NCBI GenBank assembly: GCA_965238175.1 | Contig: CBDEGZ010000003.1 | Span: 928,001-992,000, forward strand | Direction: 5' to 3' | Source of the DNA: Gammaproteobacteria bacterium | GTDB lineage: Bacteria > Pseudomonadota > Gammaproteobacteria > CAJXQU01 | DNA length: 64,000 bases | The notes under the pieces: generated by a model | Seen by the model: the letters and a program-made list of their open reading frames with translations, nothing else | Databases searched by the model: none | Told to the model about the DNA's origin: nothing | Shown here: positions 61,181 to 64,000 of the stretch, piece by piece | How the letters are laid out: the number at the start of each line of letters is the position of its first letter | How positions within the stretch are numbered: the first letter of the stretch is position 1 | Translations under genes and position numbers: made by a program

Positions 61181-61789
61181 TTAGAAATCGCTGACAACAT
61201 CTAAGAAGGATTTGCTTTCGTTCAAGTCCAGAGGTTCTGCTTCGAGCTCTGATTTAAACAATAGAAATGCCTTTTCAGATAATTTATATATTATTTTCTC
61301 GTTCGAAATTTCAGTCAGGCCACTCTCTCTCCCCGCTGCCATTATCAGAGAAGCATAGCCGACGTAACTACCAAAAAAACGACTATTAATTCCATATGAT
61401 TGTTTGAATCGACCTTTTAGAATTTTCAAAAAAAAGAGCATTTGTGGTTTCACTTCAAGCATCGAATTGTTGACATCTTTTGGTGAAACCCTTCTCTCTT
61501 CATCGTAATTCCATGTACCCACCAAAAAGTGCCGTATAGTCGCAATTAATTTTTTCATTAAATCTGGCCTTTTTAGAGCTAACTGGCGATAGTTGAAAGT
61601 CTGTAACGCACGGCTTCCTAGTGCTTGGTAATATTTATGCACAGTTACCTTTGATACGAAAGTTTTCTTTGCGGTTTTGTCAGCCTCAACTCCTTCACAC
61701 CAATATTTTAGAACACTTAAAAACTTATCCTCACTCAGGTTAGAGTTTTTTACGAACTTATTTTTAGGTGTATAGAATTTACGCGGCAT
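61181..61789 (-). CDS. Hypothetical protein with an IS1595-transposase-like N-terminal HTH
   Basis: KNKFVKNSNLSEDKFLSVLKYW...TAKKTFVSKVTVHKYYQAL; no DDE motif seen. Confidence 0.55.
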   Translation of the reverse strand: MPRKFYTPKNKFVKNSNLSEDKFLSVLKYWCEGVEADKTAKKTFVSKVTVHKYYQALGSRALQTFNYRQLALKRPDLMKKLIATIRHFLVGTWNYDEERRVSPKDVNNSMLEVKPQMLFFLKILKGRFKQSYGINSRFFGSYVGYASLIMAAGRESGLTEISNEKIIYKLSEKAFLLFKSELEAEPLDLNESKSFLDVVSDF

Positions 61790-61904
61790 TCATTGATGGT
61801 ACAACAGTCTTTACTAGCTTTTCTATGGTTGCTGTCATTGTAAAAATATCCCCTATGATATGAAACCTCTTAAAAAAACACCGCAGAAGCGGTAAGAGGT
61901 ACAA

Positions 61905-62207
61905 ATGTTCAACAAATCCAAGTCCTCTAGTAATAAGGGGCAATCAACCGTCGAAAGTTCACTCTACGGGATGGCAAATATGCTGGCATTAATAGCTGCA
62001 TTTCTTGTCGCTCCGCAGATTTACGAGCATTCGGCAGATCCCGTCTATATGTATTTACTTAATTCCTACAGCGATCAAACACTGGCGGAATTAGGAATCT
62101 ACGTGTGGACATTCCTTGCAACCGCCTGTGTGTATTTTTTAAGCCGCGCCATCTTTGTATTGGCGCTCATGCTGATTGCACAGCGGCTGCTTGTTTTAGC
62201 ATTTTAA
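61905..62207 (+). CDS. Hypothetical membrane protein
   Basis: GAGG RBS and 2-3 TM helices. Confidence 0.65.
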   Translation: MFNKSKSSSNKGQSTVESSLYGMANMLALIAAFLVAPQIYEHSADPVYMYLLNSYSDQTLAELGIYVWTFLATACVYFLSRAIFVLALMLIAQRLLVLAF

Positions 62208-62225
62208 ATAAACAGGAGAAATATC

Positions 62226-62351
62226 ATGCCAAAAAAAGTATTAAGCAAACCAGTCGGTACTGTCCATAGAGTCGAATCCAAATGGACTTTTAGTGACTAT
62301 GTAATCGGTGCTGTCATTGTGTTTGTTTTAATCGCTGTCTTCTCTGGCTAA
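62226..62351 (+). CDS. Small (41 aa) single-TM protein
   Basis: AGGAGA RBS; MPKKVLSKPVGTVHRVESKWTFSDYVIGAVIVFVLIAVFSG*. Confidence 0.55.
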   Translation: MPKKVLSKPVGTVHRVESKWTFSDYVIGAVIVFVLIAVFSG

Positions 62352-62413
62352 TTAGCTAGCAAGACATTCATCCACCGCCCCGCTTCGGCGGGGCAACTTT
62401 CTGGATAAACATT

Positions 62414-64000
62414 ATGAACTACGAACAAGACCGTTTCGGCAGTGCCGGAGCCGTTTCAACCCATGCGTTGAAACACGCCAAGATTATTGGTGGTAAAGGC
62501 ATCAGTTTTGGTTTTGATGCCACCAAGCGTCATGAACTCCGTATTCCCACCGATGGCTCAACCGCCTTATTCGGTGGTGCAGGAAGTGGTAAAAGCGCAG
62601 GCCCCTTTGCCAATGCATTAATTGGTGGACATCTACCGGGTAATTTTATCTGTTTTGACCCACGCGGCGAACTCGCTGCTGTTAGCATGCTATCCCTATC
62701 GCTACAGGGTTATGAAATTTTTTACATTAACCACACCGGCATGTTGGGTTTACCCCAGCATCAAGTCAATCCACTCGACCATCTGAGAATTGATAGTCCA
62801 AGTTTAATTCCCGATGCCCAAAAATCGGCACTGGACTTTTGTCCTACCCCGGCGGGGATGCGAGCGAGTTGGGCCTTTGATGATGCGAGGCGTTGGCTTA
62901 CAGATTTATCACTCTATGATGCGGAACGTAATGGCTGTGCCAGCTTACCCGGTATCTATCAATTACTGCTTTCCTTACAAGGCGATTTAAACCAATGGTG
63001 CCAACATCTAGATCGGATGCTGCAATCACGCTTTGCAACCGTCCGTAGCTTTGCTAATGAGATTATGAGTTTGCAGCAAGAAGGCCGTGAGAGTTTTACC
63101 GCGCCTATGGGTGTGTTGCAAAATGCCTTTGCCTTTATGCGTGACCCACGTTTGCAACATACCTTCAGTGGTAATGACTTTTCTCTGCAATGGCTCACAG
63201 AGCCTAATCGCAAAATCGGAGTATTCGTCAATTGGCCTATTGAGTATATCGACACCCAAGCCCCGGCCATTCGGCAAGTGATTGGCTCGGCCATTCAAAA
63301 CAAACTACGTCAGCCGGGGAGTCAGCCTGTTAGTGTATTAATTGACGAAGCAGGTCAACTCAAAAACTTTCCTTCTGTGAGAGAACTTTTCACCTTTGGC
63401 CGAGGTGCAGGTCTTATCAGCAATATGGTGGCATGGCAGGAGATTTCTCAAATTCGTGCTGCTTTTGGCCCCCAAGCTGATGAGATTATTGGTTCAGCAC
63501 AGTTCAGAGTATTCAAGGGCGTACGTACGATGGACAGTGCCATGATGGTCTCACGTATGGCAGGCACCATGACGTTGGAATATGACGCTGTAAAAGAACA
63601 ATCCGATGCCCGGCGTCTAAAACAACAGGCCGCCCAACGGATGCTAACAGGTGGGAGTTTCTTTGAAGCGGCGGCGGATTTACGGCATTACAACGAGGCC
63701 GAAGAGCATCGCACCAAACAGGCCCGTCTAGTACTACAACCAGATGAAGTGCTGAACCTGCCACCCACTGCCATGGTCGCGTTTGCCTCCGGTTTGGTCG
63801 AAGGCCCAATTATTGGACATTGGATTAATCACTTTGAGCGTGCTGACTTTCCCGGAAAGTATCTCAACAACCCCTACCATGGAGAAGAGGTGCTACTTAA
63901 AACACGTTGGGGGTCAAAAAAGGCACGCATTATCGAAGAATCTGTTCCCGATGTCATGGCACATCTGCCGCAATACCAAAGCGGTACATGGCGATATGTG
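62414..64000 (+). CDS. Type IV coupling protein (TraG/VirD4-like), 3'-truncated by window edge
   Basis: Manual translation MNYEQDRFGSA..., Walker A GGAGSGKS, FDPRGEL, NPLD and Walker B VLIDEAGQL; missing from the ORF track because no stop lies in the window. Confidence 0.88.
   Translation, partial: MNYEQDRFGSAGAVSTHALKHAKIIGGKGISFGFDATKRHELRIPTDGSTALFGGAGSGKSAGPFANALIGGHLPGNFICFDPRGELAAVSMLSLSLQGYEIFYINHTGMLGLPQHQVNPLDHLRIDSPSLIPDAQKSALDFCPTPAGMRASWAFDDARRWLTDLSLYDAERNGCASLPGIYQLLLSLQGDLNQWCQHLDRMLQSRFATVRSFANEIMSLQQEGRESFTAPMGVLQNAFAFMRDPRLQHTFSGNDFSLQWLTEPNRKIGVFVNWPIEYIDTQAPAIRQVIGSAIQNKLRQPGSQPVSVLIDEAGQLKNFPSVRELFTFGRGAGLISNMVAWQEISQIRAAFGPQADEIIGSAQFRVFKGVRTMDSAMMVSRMAGTMTLEYDAVKEQSDARRLKQQAAQRMLTGGSFFEAAADLRHYNEAEEHRTKQARLVLQPDEVLNLPPTAMVAFASGLVEGPIIGHWINHFERADFPGKYLNNPYHGEEVLLKTRWGSKKARIIEESVPDVMAHLPQYQSGTWRYV

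Larger units (their letters stand above)
47680..64000. mobile_element. Integrated mobilizable element / plasmid-like island (extends beyond the window)
   Basis: Recombinase relic, mobC, relaxase, TA modules, resolvase, ardA, candidate oriT and coupling protein. Confidence 0.8.

Noticed and set aside
61181-61789. Active IS1595 element
   Set aside because: Only the HTH-like N-terminus resembles it; no DDE motif or terminal repeats seen.
62959-63809. Tracked ORFs 62959-63294, 63026-63298, 63087-63281 and 63513-63809
   Set aside because: Shadows of the long VirD4-like frame starting at 62414.

Overview
A window from a low-GC gammaproteobacterial-type chromosome in three parts. (1) 1-35 kb is mostly housekeeping and respiration: a 5'-truncated fused flavin/Fe-S oxidoreductase, dacB, an aa3-type cytochrome c oxidase cluster with assembly genes, a Fae paralog followed by a probable CsrA-binding sRNA, sixA, metY, sucA-sucB-lpdA, gltA, mdh, and a nirC / sNOR-like heme-copper enzyme / SCO / Rrf2 (NsrR-like) module. 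An IS1111-group IS110 element with a readable bridge/seek RNA and an IS481 copy are stacked at 17.3-19.9 kb. (2) 35-47.5 kb is a mosaic hotspot: decaying integron-type cassettes with attC-like sites and no integrase in view, a REP-associated HUH tyrosine transposase (RAYT) whose GGGTCAG-type ends recur about 7 times at junctions between unrelated, often truncated DNA fragments, two more IS481 copies and an IS110 remnant. (3) 47.6 kb to the end is a mobilizable element: serine recombinase relic, mobC-relaxase, higBA, resolvase, Phd/PemK-like TA pair, ardA, DUF5131-TcmP, a candidate oriT, an orphan P-loop ATPase operon and a 3'-truncated VirD4-like coupling protein. The strongest candidate for something undescribed is RAYT-end-associated DNA capture. 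All calls come from reading motifs by eye; no searches were run.
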